A stretch of DNA of 64,000 bases from an uncultured Candidatus Micrarchaeota archaeon (GCA_963760615.1 CAVXDX010000004.1:1-64000); one strand, 5' to 3'; counted from the stretch's first letter, positions 36,515 to 46,889 are shown. Translations and numbers: made by a program. Notes: generated by a model not told the origin, from the letters alone.

Positions 36515-37594
36515 TTATTTTTTTATTCTTATTATTCTTGTTTTTCCTCTTTTCCCTACTCCGCCCCTCGTCTCTGCAATGAAGAGGTTCAGTGAGACGA
36601 GCATGCTTATAGAGTTCCTCATGCTCCTTTCGCTTTCATCCTTGAATTTCTCATAGATTTCGGTGCTTGTCACCTCTCCTTTCTCTTTCACAAACTCATA
36701 TATTTCCTTCTCCCTGCCCTGCAGCTTCTCCTCCACCCTTTCGCCCTCCCCAACTTCCTCAAAAGCCTTTCTCACATGCCCCTCAGAAACTTTCTCAGAA
36801 TTCTCCCTCTCAGCTGTTTTCCCTGCCTTCCACAGCAGGCTTATGGCGAGCCTCGCGTCACCATTGTTCTTTGCTGCCCTCGCGGCGCAGAGCGGTATGA
36901 CCTCCTCAGACAGGCTCTCTGGGCAGAAGGCGAGCTTCGCCCTGCTCTTCAGTATGTCCTTGAGTTCAGCTGGGGAGTACTGCTTGAAAACAATCTGTTT
37001 CTGCACAAGGGAGCTCCTTATCCTCTGGTCCAGCTTCACAAGGAATTCGTTGCTGTTCGTTATGGCAACAACTCCAAAGTCTGTTGAGAAGAGTTCCTTC
37101 GCCCTTGCCAAGTCATAGAGGACTTTCTCCTCCTCATAGAGGCCTGCGAAGAGCCTGTCAACCTCATCCAATGCAATGATGGGGGTTTTCTTCTCCTTCC
37201 TCAGAACTTCAGCTATCCTGTCGGTTATCTCGTCAGTGGAGATGCCCCTCCTTGGAATGAACTCGCCAAGCGCCGCTACAATGTTGTTCAGTATGGAGTG
37301 CCTTGTGCTGGACTCCCAGCAGTTTATGTAAATGGGAACAACCCGCTGCGAGTATTCCTGAAGCTGCTTGAGCACATACCTCACTGTTGAAGTCTTCCCT
37401 GTGCCGCTAGGCCCAATGATGAGCATGTTCTCAGTCTTTTTACCTCCTGCGGCACCCTTCAGCCCGTAGGCAATCTCCTCTATCTGCTTCTCCCTATGAG
37501 GCATGACCTCCGGCAGGTAGTCAGACATCAAAACTCGCTCATCCTGGAAGATCTCATTCTCAGTTGAGATTTTCTTGAATATGTTTTCTGCCAT
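36515..37594 (-). CDS. cdc6: Orc1/Cdc6 replication initiator
   Basis: 'IF.DERVL...YLP', 'GPSGTGKT', 'YINC', 'ALDEVD', 'RIRSSL', 'GDAR.A' and a C-terminal wHTH. Confidence 0.93.
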   Translation of the reverse strand: MAENIFKKISTENEIFQDERVLMSDYLPEVMPHREKQIEEIAYGLKGAAGGKKTENMLIIGPSGTGKTSTVRYVLKQLQEYSQRVVPIYINCWESSTRHSILNNIVAALGEFIPRRGISTDEITDRIAEVLRKEKKTPIIALDEVDRLFAGLYEEEKVLYDLARAKELFSTDFGVVAITNSNEFLVKLDQRIRSSLVQKQIVFKQYSPAELKDILKSRAKLAFCPESLSEEVIPLCAARAAKNNGDARLAISLLWKAGKTAERENSEKVSEGHVRKAFEEVGEGERVEEKLQGREKEIYEFVKEKGEVTSTEIYEKFKDESERSMRNSISMLVSLNLFIAETRGGVGKRGKTRIIRIKK

Positions 37595-37640
37595 GCAACT
37601 CATCTATTCGTTTCATAAGGTTAAAAATGTTTAGGTGAAC

Positions 37641-37656
37641 TATTCCCAGCGGAATA
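37641..37656. promoter_or_regulatory. ORB-like palindrome TATTCC-CAGC-GGAATA upstream of cdc6
   Basis: 6-bp inverted repeat in the AT-rich divergent gap. It resembles the ORB core TCCAGTGGAAA. Confidence 0.35.
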
Positions 37657-37687
37657 TACTTATAAATACCCTATGTGATATACCCTC

Positions 37688-40600
37688 ATGAAGCCCAAAA
37701 TATTGTTCGTAATAGCAGCGTTGCTTTTTTGTATTGGTCTCCTGAGAGCTCCGGTCCTCCTTCCAGTATCGATTGACGGTTGTCAGAATGTCACTGCGTC
37801 AGGGAGCTATTCTCTTGGTAGTAACCTCGTAGGAGCCAACATAACTGCCAACAACCTTCTGACGACTGCTTGCATACTTATCTCAGAGCCAGATGTGGAA
37901 ATTGACTGCGCAGGCCATACAATTACAAACAATGTTGCTGGCAACACCACAGGCATTCTCTCAAACAGCCGCAATTCAACCCCACTCACAAATATCACAG
38001 TAAAGAACTGCAGAGTATCAAACTACATATGGGATATATACATATACAATTCAAGTGATAGTCTAGTGCAGAACAACACTGCCAATCTTTCTAGTGAGGT
38101 TGGCTTTACAGTGCACAATAGCTCCTCCATCAACTTCACGAAAAATATTGCCTACAACAATCCAGGTGAAGGATTCACATCGTTCAATTCCTTCCACAAC
38201 ATACTGGACAACAATACAGCTTACAACAGTTCTAATGGCTTCGTGTCCAAGGATTCTTCTGCGTATAACACTTTCACAAATGACAATGCTTACAATGTCT
38301 CAGTTGGTTTCTATGCGTATTACTCCAATAACAACATATTCAATAACGATACCGCAGGAAACAATACTTGGAGCTTCATAGCCGCAGGCTCCAGCGGCAA
38401 CAACTTCACAAACTGCATTGCCTATGGCAGCTTCTGGCACGGCTTCCTTGCGGAGACTGGCTCCGACGGCAACAATTTTGTGAATGATACCTCATACGGC
38501 AATCAGTATGAAGGGTTCTACATGGCCGGTTCAAACTATAACACTCTCATAAACAATACTGCATACAACAACAATGAAGATGGCTTCCTTGTTGGAAACG
38601 GCTCAGCTTACACTGTGCTGACAAACAACACGGCTTACAGCAACAGATATAGTGGCTTCGAACTCGACAACTCGAACTATAACAATTTGACAGGCAATCT
38701 GTACACCCAATCTCCTTATAACTCCGAACTGTTCCGCTATGGAGACGGCTTCTACTTACAAAATGCCTCAAATAACAACATAGTGAATAACACTGCACTC
38801 AACAGCTACGAAGCGGGATTCTACCTTTACAGCAATTCCAACTCCAATTCTTTCATCAACAATACAGCAATAAACAACTCCTGGGAGGGATTCATCATAG
38901 AGACATCATTCAATAACTCATTCATCAATAACCTCGCGTACGCCAACCCGCAATTCGGTTTCGAAATATATATGAGCTACGGGAACAACCTCACAAACAA
39001 CACAGCGCAGGAAAGTGGAAATTTTGATCTCTACATTGATGCTCTTTCTTGGAACTTTTTCCTAAATGCCACACAACTCGACCCCATCTACTGCAACAAC
39101 ATCATACAAAACCTCAATGGCTCTGGAGGCAGGCCCATAAACTACTCCAATACTTCAGTGAATTGGAATGGCATAACTGCATCGGAAATTGTGCTCTGTC
39201 ATGCTGATGGTTCAAGCCTCACCAATGTGACAATACGCGGTTCAGATTCCATACACAATAACGGCCTTCTGATAAGCAGCACAAGCAATACGGTTGTGGA
39301 TGGTTCCAACTCATCTCTCAACCTTATCGGCTTCGCTGCGCTGTTCTCAAGCAACAACAACTTCACAAACAACATAGCTGACAATGACTTAGCTGTTGGA
39401 TTCGCAGAGTTTGTTGGTTCGGGGAATAGATTCACAAACAATATGCAGTCAGGCAGCATTGAGGGCGGCTTCATTGCATTTCTCAGCAATGACTCAGCCT
39501 ACACAAACAACACGGCGCATGACAACTATATGGCGGGCTTCGCAATTGTTGAGGGCAGCAACAATACCCACCTTACAAACAACACAGCGTACAACAACTT
39601 ACAAGTCGGCACGGCGGTTGATAGCTCTGATTTCGCGCTGATAACGGGGGACCATTACTACAATAATAGTGTGGATTTCGCGGTGAACACCAGTATCTTG
39701 GTGGCGCCTCTCAATCTCTCAGAGGTCATCTTTGACAACCCACTGGGAAACTACGAGCAATACACCAACCTGTCCTTAAATGATATTGTCCAACCTGACG
39801 AGTTCTATTCAATAACCTGGAGTACCAAGCCGGCATCAGGAGACCCGCCTCTTGAACTATCATTTTGGGGCAAGTTCATCAACATTCAAACAAGCCCTGG
39901 AGCAGTGATAGATTATATAGTTTGGCACTGGACAGATGATGAAGCAGCAGGAATCGATGAAAACAGTTTAATCGTCATGCAATATAGCAATTCAGATTGG
40001 ATGGGTGTACCCGGGCAGAGTCTGCTAGAACCTGCTCAGAATTACATTTCAGTCTCAAACCTCTTCAGCTTCGGAGTTTTCGGGGTGTTCAAACAGTGGT
40101 CACCTCCCCCACATACCGGAGGAGGCGGAGGAGGCTGCTCCGGCAGCCTGAAGACATCAGTTGCAGAGACGCTCTGCCCAGACAACAAGGTGGTAATCCT
40201 TCTTACTGATCTGTACGGAACGCCACGGGGTGCGGGCGATCTGGTGACGCTCAATGGCTTAAACACAATGCTTATTGACCATACAAACAGCAGCGGGGAA
40301 GTCAGCTTCTCGCTCTCCCATAGCGGCACTTACACAATTGGCGGAGTAGCATGTGACCACTCATTCAACTATGAAATGTGCAAAGCAGGATGCGCTTCCG
40401 ATGATGCTTGCAGCGATGACCAGTACTGCGATGCTAGCGTATGCAAGCCTGTTGGATGTCCCTGCGGTCAGATATCCGCACATTCCTGCCATCCTTATGC
40501 CTGCTGTGTGGATGCAGACTGCAATGCAAGTTACACATGCATAAACCACTTATGTCAAGCTCCTGCCGTTCAGACAGAATGCAGCGTGGATGGCAACTGC

Positions 40601-41104
40601 AGGAGTGACCAGTACTGCAGCAATGGGAAATGTCTACCAGTTCAGCTTGGAGAATGCGGCTATGTTACAAACCACGCTTGGCATGCCTATGAATGCTGCA
40701 ATGATTCGGCCTGCCAGCAAGGGAGGGCATGCATAAACAACAGCTGCGTGCTCTACAGAATAGTCGCAAACCCGAGCGGGTATGTTGGCGCCCAGCATGA
40801 AGTTTGGGTTCTCCCGCAGGGCAGCTACCAGCTCAGTATTGTTGCACCTACTGGAGGGAATAAGACGGTATATACCGATGCGAGCGGTCATGCAACATTC
40901 GCACTTGAAAATGCCGGGCTATATTCTGTATCACTAATCAAAGAACGCGCGGCAGCCAACGTCACAGTAAATGCTGTGGCCAAACCTGCTCCGCAGCCAG
41001 AAAAACCAATTCCGCAAGCTCAGCCAGACCTGTGCCTGCCAGGGGCAATAATAGGAATAATATTACTTCTTATCATAATCTACGTAATATACCGCAGAAG
41101 GTGA
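37688..41104 (+). CDS. Large cell-surface protein: parallel beta-helix (NosD/PbH1) repeats, Cys-rich repeats and a C-terminal TM anchor
   Basis: Signal peptide, many 'NNTAY.N...GF' repeats and N-x-S/T sequons, a GGGGGG linker, 'C..D..C....C....C' modules, and a TM followed by 'YRRR'. Confidence 0.85.
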   Translation: MKPKILFVIAALLFCIGLLRAPVLLPVSIDGCQNVTASGSYSLGSNLVGANITANNLLTTACILISEPDVEIDCAGHTITNNVAGNTTGILSNSRNSTPLTNITVKNCRVSNYIWDIYIYNSSDSLVQNNTANLSSEVGFTVHNSSSINFTKNIAYNNPGEGFTSFNSFHNILDNNTAYNSSNGFVSKDSSAYNTFTNDNAYNVSVGFYAYYSNNNIFNNDTAGNNTWSFIAAGSSGNNFTNCIAYGSFWHGFLAETGSDGNNFVNDTSYGNQYEGFYMAGSNYNTLINNTAYNNNEDGFLVGNGSAYTVLTNNTAYSNRYSGFELDNSNYNNLTGNLYTQSPYNSELFRYGDGFYLQNASNNNIVNNTALNSYEAGFYLYSNSNSNSFINNTAINNSWEGFIIETSFNNSFINNLAYANPQFGFEIYMSYGNNLTNNTAQESGNFDLYIDALSWNFFLNATQLDPIYCNNIIQNLNGSGGRPINYSNTSVNWNGITASEIVLCHADGSSLTNVTIRGSDSIHNNGLLISSTSNTVVDGSNSSLNLIGFAALFSSNNNFTNNIADNDLAVGFAEFVGSGNRFTNNMQSGSIEGGFIAFLSNDSAYTNNTAHDNYMAGFAIVEGSNNTHLTNNTAYNNLQVGTAVDSSDFALITGDHYYNNSVDFAVNTSILVAPLNLSEVIFDNPLGNYEQYTNLSLNDIVQPDEFYSITWSTKPASGDPPLELSFWGKFINIQTSPGAVIDYIVWHWTDDEAAGIDENSLIVMQYSNSDWMGVPGQSLLEPAQNYISVSNLFSFGVFGVFKQWSPPPHTGGGGGGCSGSLKTSVAETLCPDNKVVILLTDLYGTPRGAGDLVTLNGLNTMLIDHTNSSGEVSFSLSHSGTYTIGGVACDHSFNYEMCKAGCASDDACSDDQYCDASVCKPVGCPCGQISAHSCHPYACCVDADCNASYTCINHLCQAPAVQTECSVDGNCRSDQYCSNGKCLPVQLGECGYVTNHAWHAYECCNDSACQQGRACINNSCVLYRIVANPSGYVGAQHEVWVLPQGSYQLSIVAPTGGNKTVYTDASGHATFALENAGLYSVSLIKERAAANVTVNAVAKPAPQPEKPIPQAQPDLCLPGAIIGIILLLIIIYVIYRRR

Positions 41105-41141
41105 ACGGAAAATTCCAGGAAGAGCATTCTCTTCACAAGGA

Positions 41142-42383
41142 GTGTTAGAAATGCAGTTCATAGCAGACTTCCACATCCACTCCAAATACTCGCGTGCAAC
41201 CAGCCCAAACATGGATTTGGAGAGCATAGCAAAGTACGCAAAGATGAAGGGCATCTCGCTGGTTGGGACGGGAGATTTCACCCACCCTCTCTGGCTAAAG
41301 GAGCTCAAGGAAAAGCTAAAACCACTCGGCAATGGGCTCTTCGATTATGATGACACCCTTTTCATGCTCACGAGCGAAGTGAACAATGTATTCAGCAAGG
41401 GAGGCAAGATCAAGCAGATTCACAATATACTCTTTGCCCCTTCCTTTGAGGTCGTCGAGCAGATAAACGAGCAGCTTGCCAAGAAGGGGGATTTGCATTC
41501 CGATGGAAGGCCTTCCTTGGATATGCCTGCAAGCGAGCTCGTTGAAGTTATGCTCGGCATCTCGAAAGAATGCGCCATAGTCCCAGCGCATGCCTGGACA
41601 CCTTGGAGATCCATTTTCGGCTCTGCATCGGGCTTCAACTCGGTTGAGGAGTGCTTTGGGGAGCAGAGCAAGCATATATTTGCGCTTGAAACGGGTTTGA
41701 GCAGCGACCCCAAGATGAACTGGATGCTGAGCTCGCTTGACAAGTACACTCTTGTTTCAAACTCAGACAGCCATTCACCGCAGAAAATCGGGAGGGAGGC
41801 GAATGTCTTCTCAATGGAGCATCCCAGCTACTCAGAAATACTCAATGCAGTGAGGAAGAAGGATAAAAACAAATTCAAGCTGACCATAGAGTTCTTCCCA
41901 GAGGAGGGCAAGTACCACTATGACGGGCACAGGCTGCACAATGTGCGTTTCTCACCGGAAGAGAGCATCAAAAACAACAATATTTGTCCTGTTTGCAAGA
42001 GGAAACTCACAATAGGAGTGATGCACAGGGTGATGGAGCTGGCGGATAGGAAATACTGCTATACCCCACCAGATGCCATTCCTTTTGTGCATGCCATACC
42101 TCTTGACGAGCTTATAGCAAACGTTCGTGGCAAAGGAGTTGGCACGGCCTCTGTGCAAGAGGAATACTCCTCTCTTATCTCATCATTTGGAACAGAGTTC
42201 AATGCATTGCTAACCGCAGAGCCAGATGAGCTCAGAAGCAGGGCATCTGAAGACATAGCAGATGCAATTCTAAGGGTGCGCGAAGGAAAGGTGAAAATAC
42301 TCCCCGGCTATGATGGTGTTTATGGAGAGATAGAACTCAGAGATGCAGAGGCTGGGCAGAGCAGCCTCTCCAAGTTTCTCTAA
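41142..42383 (+). CDS. PHP-domain protein, endonuclease Q/TIGR00375-like
   Basis: 'ADFHIHSKYSRATS', 'GTGDFTHP', 'PAHAWTPW', 'ETGLSSDP', 'SNSDSHS', 'GKYHYDGHR' and 'CPVC'. Confidence 0.85.
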   Translation: MLEMQFIADFHIHSKYSRATSPNMDLESIAKYAKMKGISLVGTGDFTHPLWLKELKEKLKPLGNGLFDYDDTLFMLTSEVNNVFSKGGKIKQIHNILFAPSFEVVEQINEQLAKKGDLHSDGRPSLDMPASELVEVMLGISKECAIVPAHAWTPWRSIFGSASGFNSVEECFGEQSKHIFALETGLSSDPKMNWMLSSLDKYTLVSNSDSHSPQKIGREANVFSMEHPSYSEILNAVRKKDKNKFKLTIEFFPEEGKYHYDGHRLHNVRFSPEESIKNNNICPVCKRKLTIGVMHRVMELADRKYCYTPPDAIPFVHAIPLDELIANVRGKGVGTASVQEEYSSLISSFGTEFNALLTAEPDELRSRASEDIADAILRVREGKVKILPGYDGVYGEIELRDAEAGQSSLSKFL

Positions 42384-42390
42384 GAAATCT

Positions 42391-42530
42391 TTAGTGGCGT
42401 CCTACACGATTTACGTGTTTTTTCAGCCCCTGTTTCATGGCGTGTAGTTCCTGCTTCATTGACGGCGCTTCTGCCCCATCTCACTCCCGAAGGAATTGCA
42501 GGCGTTACTTCCGCTGTGCCCCAGCGTAGT
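42391..42530 (-). ncRNA. Candidate structured non-coding RNA
   Basis: GC-rich intergenic stretch with hairpins CGCUG/CAGCG and AUUCC-UUCG-GGAGU, and stems CCUGC/GCAGG and CUACACG/CGUGUAG. A minus-strand TTTAAATA box lies at 42553-42560. Confidence 0.4.
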
Positions 42531-42661
42531 ATTATCATGTTCTAAAGGAGAGTATTTAAATGTTTGGAAGGGGTAACTTTCCAATAAAGCCCCAATTTTC
42601 TAGTTATTCAAAGTCAACTCCCCCATATAATTTATTAATATCCTGATTCTAAATATCTTAC

Positions 42662-43669
42662 ATGAAGGAGGCAATGTTATACAATAAGTTAGAGGAGAAA
42701 AGGGTGAAGTGCGCCCTATGCTCCCACAGATGCCTAATTCTTGACGGCAAGAGAGGTTTCTGCGGGGTGAGGGAAAACCAGGGAGGCACCCTTTACTCAC
42801 TTGTCTACGGCAAATGCGCGTCCTGGGCTGTTGACAGGATTGAGAAGAAGCCTTTCTTCCACTTCTTCCCAGGGACGGATGTATTCTCCTTTGCAACAGT
42901 GGGATGCAACTTCAGGTGCTTGCACTGCCAGAACTTTGAGCTGAGCCAGGCGAAGGAGATAATCGGTGAAAACCTCTCCCCGGAACAGCTGGTGAAGCTT
43001 GCTAAGAAGCACAAGTGCGCAGGCATGGCGTATACCTACAATGAACCAACAGTTTTTTTTGAATATGCCCATGATACTGCGGCACTGGCGAAGAAGGAGG
43101 GCCTCTACAATGTTTTTGTAACCAACGGCTATATGACTCCTGAAGCAGTAAAGGAGATGGGCAACATAGATGCAAGCAGGATAGATTTGAAGTCTATGAA
43201 TGACAAGTTCTACAAGAGAATCTGCAGCGCTTCCGTTGAGTATGTTCTCAACTCAATAAAGCTGCTTCACAAGAAGGGGCACATTGAGATAATCAACCTG
43301 GTCATACCCACGAAGAATGACTCTGACGAGGAACTGAGGGAGCTTGCTAAATGGGTTGCTGCTCTCGACAAGGACATACCTCTGCATTTCACAGGCTTCC
43401 ACCCCTCCTACAAGATGCTGGAGATACCTCCAACTCCACTTGAAACTCTTGAGAGGGCCAGGAAAATAGCGCTGGAGGAGGGGCTGAGGTATGTCTACAC
43501 AGGGAACGTGCCAGGGCATGACGGTGAGAACACCTACTGCTACAACTGCAAGCACCTTCTCATAAAGAGATGGGGCTTTGACGTTGAGGAGTATAACATA
43601 ACAAAGGATAACCGATGCCCCAACTGCGGTGCTAGCATAAACATAGTGAACAACACAAAACATATTTAA
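42662..43669 (+). CDS. amrS: AmmeMemoRadiSam-system radical SAM enzyme
   Basis: N-terminal 'C.LC.HRC.I..G.RGFCGVR', 'IEKKP.FHF.PG', CxxxCxxC 'GCNFRCLHCQN' and 'YVYTGN'. Confidence 0.9.
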   Translation: MKEAMLYNKLEEKRVKCALCSHRCLILDGKRGFCGVRENQGGTLYSLVYGKCASWAVDRIEKKPFFHFFPGTDVFSFATVGCNFRCLHCQNFELSQAKEIIGENLSPEQLVKLAKKHKCAGMAYTYNEPTVFFEYAHDTAALAKKEGLYNVFVTNGYMTPEAVKEMGNIDASRIDLKSMNDKFYKRICSASVEYVLNSIKLLHKKGHIEIINLVIPTKNDSDEELRELAKWVAALDKDIPLHFTGFHPSYKMLEIPPTPLETLERARKIALEEGLRYVYTGNVPGHDGENTYCYNCKHLLIKRWGFDVEEYNITKDNRCPNCGASINIVNNTKHI

Positions 43670-43698
43670 GTTTTGTAATCGAATTTAATGTTGATAAG

Positions 43699-44781
43699 AT
43701 GAAACGCGTAACCGAACTTCTCCAGATGTTCAAGAGCAAGAGGAAGCTTGAGCTTGGGGAAGTTGCAAAGATACTCAACCTGTCGGAAGCATCAGCCCTG
43801 CTCTGGGCGAGGACGCTTAAGCAGGATAACATACTTGATATAGTGCATGAGGATGGCAGGACATACTTTGTATTGCTCTCTACGGGATTGCCCCAGATTC
43901 TGAAAGAGCCTGAGAAGAGGCTGCTTCCTGCTGAACCGGAGGAGGCAATATCCCCCAAGCAGCTCAGCAAGCTCATTGAGGATTATACACATAAGATTGA
44001 CGAGATGAAGAAGAAGAGCGCCGAGCTGGCCAGCATGGAGAGAGAGAGGTCGAATATACTCTACAAAGATTACGTGCCACTTGAGAGGAGATTTGAAGTC
44101 GAGCTACACCTCATTAATGAACAGCTCGCGGACAAGGAAGGGATGATAAAAGAGCTTGAGAGCAGGATAAAGGAAGTTCCCAAGAGGATAACCTCCATAG
44201 AATCTCAGGCAGCAAAGCTTGAGAAGATTGAGTCCTACATACGCTTCAGCCTTGACAAATCTAGGAGTAGGATAGAGAAAGAGGTGGACAGGATAGAAGA
44301 GATACGCTCCCTTGTCGAGAAGTACACATCTGAGATGAACAGGAGGATAGAGGACCAGACATCAGGCTTGAGAAATGTCCAGAAAGAGCTTGCAAGACTG
44401 AAGAAAATGGAGGATTGGATATACCTCCAGCAGGATATGCTTGAAAAGAACATGAAGGACTACGCCCAGATGAGGAAGCAGAGCCTCTCAGAAATTGACG
44501 AGCTGAGAGACATAATGCGCACGGGCTTCCTAAAGAGATACGAGAGGGAGCTCAAGAGAATGCAGGAGATGCACCTTGAGGAGATAGATAAAGTAAAGAT
44601 GAGGGAGAAGGAGTTCCAGCAGAGGATAGAGGGTGAGAGGAAGGAGCTCGCAAAGCTCAACCAGGAGAGCGAGAGAATAGTGAAGACATTCGAGGCGCTT
44701 TCCAAGAAGAAGATAAAGGTTGAGGAAGAGAAGTCATTCGTGAGCGAGCTTGAGAAAGTTCCTGCAGCTGGTATAGAGTAA
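43699..44781 (+). CDS. Hypothetical protein: N-terminal wHTH plus long coiled coil
   Basis: 'LGEVAKILNLSEASALLWARTL' followed by about 280 aa of E/K/R-rich heptad sequence. Confidence 0.7.
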   Translation: MKRVTELLQMFKSKRKLELGEVAKILNLSEASALLWARTLKQDNILDIVHEDGRTYFVLLSTGLPQILKEPEKRLLPAEPEEAISPKQLSKLIEDYTHKIDEMKKKSAELASMERERSNILYKDYVPLERRFEVELHLINEQLADKEGMIKELESRIKEVPKRITSIESQAAKLEKIESYIRFSLDKSRSRIEKEVDRIEEIRSLVEKYTSEMNRRIEDQTSGLRNVQKELARLKKMEDWIYLQQDMLEKNMKDYAQMRKQSLSEIDELRDIMRTGFLKRYERELKRMQEMHLEEIDKVKMREKEFQQRIEGERKELAKLNQESERIVKTFEALSKKKIKVEEEKSFVSELEKVPAAGIE

Positions 44782-44805
44782 CTGTTCATCTTTGGAGGGG
44801 GTTGA

Positions 44806-46053
44806 ATGAGCGGTTTGAAGGAGATAGACCCTGAGGTGTACGAAACAATAGGAAAAGAGCTTGGCAGGCAAAGATACAGCTTAGAGCTTATACCTTCTGA
44901 GAACTTCACAAGCCAGGCAGTTCTTGAGGCGCAGGGCAGTGTTCTTACCAACAAATACTCCGAGGGATACCCAGGGAAGAGGTACTACGGCGGGAACCAA
45001 TTCATAGATATTACAGAAACATTGGCAATTGAGAGGGCAAAGAAGCTTTTCGGGGCGGAGCATGCGAATGTGCAACCTCATGCAGGAGCGCAGGCAAACA
45101 TGGCTGCGTACTTTGCCTTCCTTGAAATTGGGGACAAGATGATGGGCTTGAACCTGAGCATGGGCGGGCATTTGACTCATGGGAGCCCTGTCAACTTCTC
45201 AGGCAAATGGTACAAAATAGTTGCTTATAATGTAGACAAGGAAACCCAGCTTTTGGACTATGATGAAATTAAGAAGCAGGCACTTGCGGAGAAGCCAAAG
45301 CTGATTCAGTGCGGCTATACTGCATACCCCCGCATTATTGACTTCAAGGCGTTCAGGGAGATATGTGATGCATCTGGTGCTTACCTAATGGCCGACATTG
45401 CGCATATCGCAGGGCTTATTGTTGGCGGTGTCCATCCCAGCCCGGTTCCTTATGCGGATGTCGTCACAACAACCACCCATAAAACATTGAGAGGGCCCAG
45501 AGGCGCAATAATTCTATGCAAAAAGCAGTATGCAGAGAAGGTTGATAAGGCTGTCTTCCCTGGTCTGCAGGGCGGGCCTCTCGAGCACGTTATAGCTGCA
45601 AAGGCAGTATGCTTCAGAGAGGCTATGCAGCCAAGCTTTAAGGAATACGCGAAACAGATAGTGAAGAACGCAAAGGCACTTGCAGAGGAGCTCATGGGGC
45701 AGGGCTTCAAGCTCGTTTCAGGTGGAACAGACACCCATCTTATGCTGATGGATTTGACAAGCAGGGGAATTACTGGAAAGGAGGCCCAGGAGGTGCTTGA
45801 CAGCGTGGGAATAACTGCCAATAAGAACACAATTCCCTATGATACGCAGAAGCCATTCATAACAAGCGGCTTGAGACTTGGCACCCCGGCTCTCACAACA
45901 AGAGGTATGAGGGAAAGCGAAATGAAGGAAGTGGGGCGGATGATTGCAAAGGTGCTTGGAAATAGGGGGGATTCCTCGGTGCTTGAGAAGGTGAGAGAAG
46001 AAGTAAAGGCGCTTTGCGAGAGATTCCCGCTCTACAAGTCACTGGGTGCGTGA
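44806..46053 (+). CDS. glyA: Serine hydroxymethyltransferase (THF-type)
   Basis: 'LIPSENF', '[15 protein letters not shown]', 'GGHLTHG', '[12 protein letters not shown]' and 'FPGLQGGP'. Confidence 0.97.
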   Translation: MSGLKEIDPEVYETIGKELGRQRYSLELIPSENFTSQAVLEAQGSVLTNKYSEGYPGKRYYGGNQFIDITETLAIERAKKLFGAEHANVQPHAGAQANMAAYFAFLEIGDKMMGLNLSMGGHLTHGSPVNFSGKWYKIVAYNVDKETQLLDYDEIKKQALAEKPKLIQCGYTAYPRIIDFKAFREICDASGAYLMADIAHIAGLIVGGVHPSPVPYADVVTTTTHKTLRGPRGAIILCKKQYAEKVDKAVFPGLQGGPLEHVIAAKAVCFREAMQPSFKEYAKQIVKNAKALAEELMGQGFKLVSGGTDTHLMLMDLTSRGITGKEAQEVLDSVGITANKNTIPYDTQKPFITSGLRLGTPALTTRGMRESEMKEVGRMIAKVLGNRGDSSVLEKVREEVKALCERFPLYKSLGA

Positions 46054-46884
46054 ATGAAAATAATTGACGGCACTGCAATTGCGAAGGCGATGCTTGACGA
46101 GCTGAAGCTGGAGATAGAGAAGGCGGATCTTTCTCCGAAGCTTGCCGTGATACTTGTTGGCGACGACCCGGCATCAAAAACATACTTGAAAAGCAAGGAG
46201 GCAGCATGCTCCCATGTTGGGATAACTTACGAGAAGTACCTGCTTCCCAGCTCCACTTCTCAAGCTGAGCTTCTGAACCTGATAAAGGAGCTCAACGAAA
46301 GCGATGTCAATGGCATACTGCTGCAGCTGCCAATCCCCAGCAGGATGGACGAGGAGACTGCTCTAGAAGCCATAGACCCATCGAAGGATGCGGATGGATT
46401 CCACCCAGTAAACATAGGGAGGCTTGTTCTAGGCGATGAGGCTATAGCTCCAGCTACACCTTCTGGAATAATAGAACTCCTCAATAGAAGCAGTATTGAA
46501 ATTTCCGGGAAGCATGCAATAATTGTAGGAAGAAGCAATGTCGTTGGAAAGCCTCTCGCGGCAATGCTTCTGAACAGAGATGCAACGGTCACCATATGCC
46601 ACAGCAGAACAAGGAATTTGGCAAAGATAACAAGGGAGGCAGACATACTTACAGTTGCTGTGGGGAAACCGCATTTCATAACATCGGATATGGTGAAGGA
46701 AGGGGCAGTTGTTATTGATGTTGGCATAAACAAAGTGGGGGGCAACACTGTTGGCGATGTTGATTTTGAGAAAGTTAAGGAGAAGGCATATGCAATAACG
46801 CCAGTTCCGGGGGGAGTTGGACCAATGACTGTTGCATGCCTTATGAAAAATGTCTTCCTGCTCGCCCTTGCTCAGCGCGGCTGA
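46054..46884 (+). CDS. folD: Methylene-THF dehydrogenase/cyclohydrolase
   Basis: 'LAVILVGDDPAS..Y', 'GILLQLP', 'KDADG', 'VGRSNVVGKP', 'DVGIN' and 'TPVPGGVGPMT'. Confidence 0.96.
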   Translation: MKIIDGTAIAKAMLDELKLEIEKADLSPKLAVILVGDDPASKTYLKSKEAACSHVGITYEKYLLPSSTSQAELLNLIKELNESDVNGILLQLPIPSRMDEETALEAIDPSKDADGFHPVNIGRLVLGDEAIAPATPSGIIELLNRSSIEISGKHAIIVGRSNVVGKPLAAMLLNRDATVTICHSRTRNLAKITREADILTVAVGKPHFITSDMVKEGAVVIDVGINKVGGNTVGDVDFEKVKEKAYAITPVPGGVGPMTVACLMKNVFLLALAQRG

Positions 46885-46889
46885 TTTTT

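Noticed and set aside
39900-40800. Repeats in the surface-protein gene as CRISPR or mobile-element repeats
   Set aside because: The repetition is at protein level and degenerate in DNA, with no constant repeat-spacer periodicity. No CRISPR array was seen anywhere in the window.
42380-42538. 52-aa minus-strand ORF MIILRWGTAEV...
   Set aside because: The ATG is only 14 nt from the TATA box, probably upstream of the TSS, and no motif is evident. The RNA-structure explanation fits better, though the ORF is not excluded.
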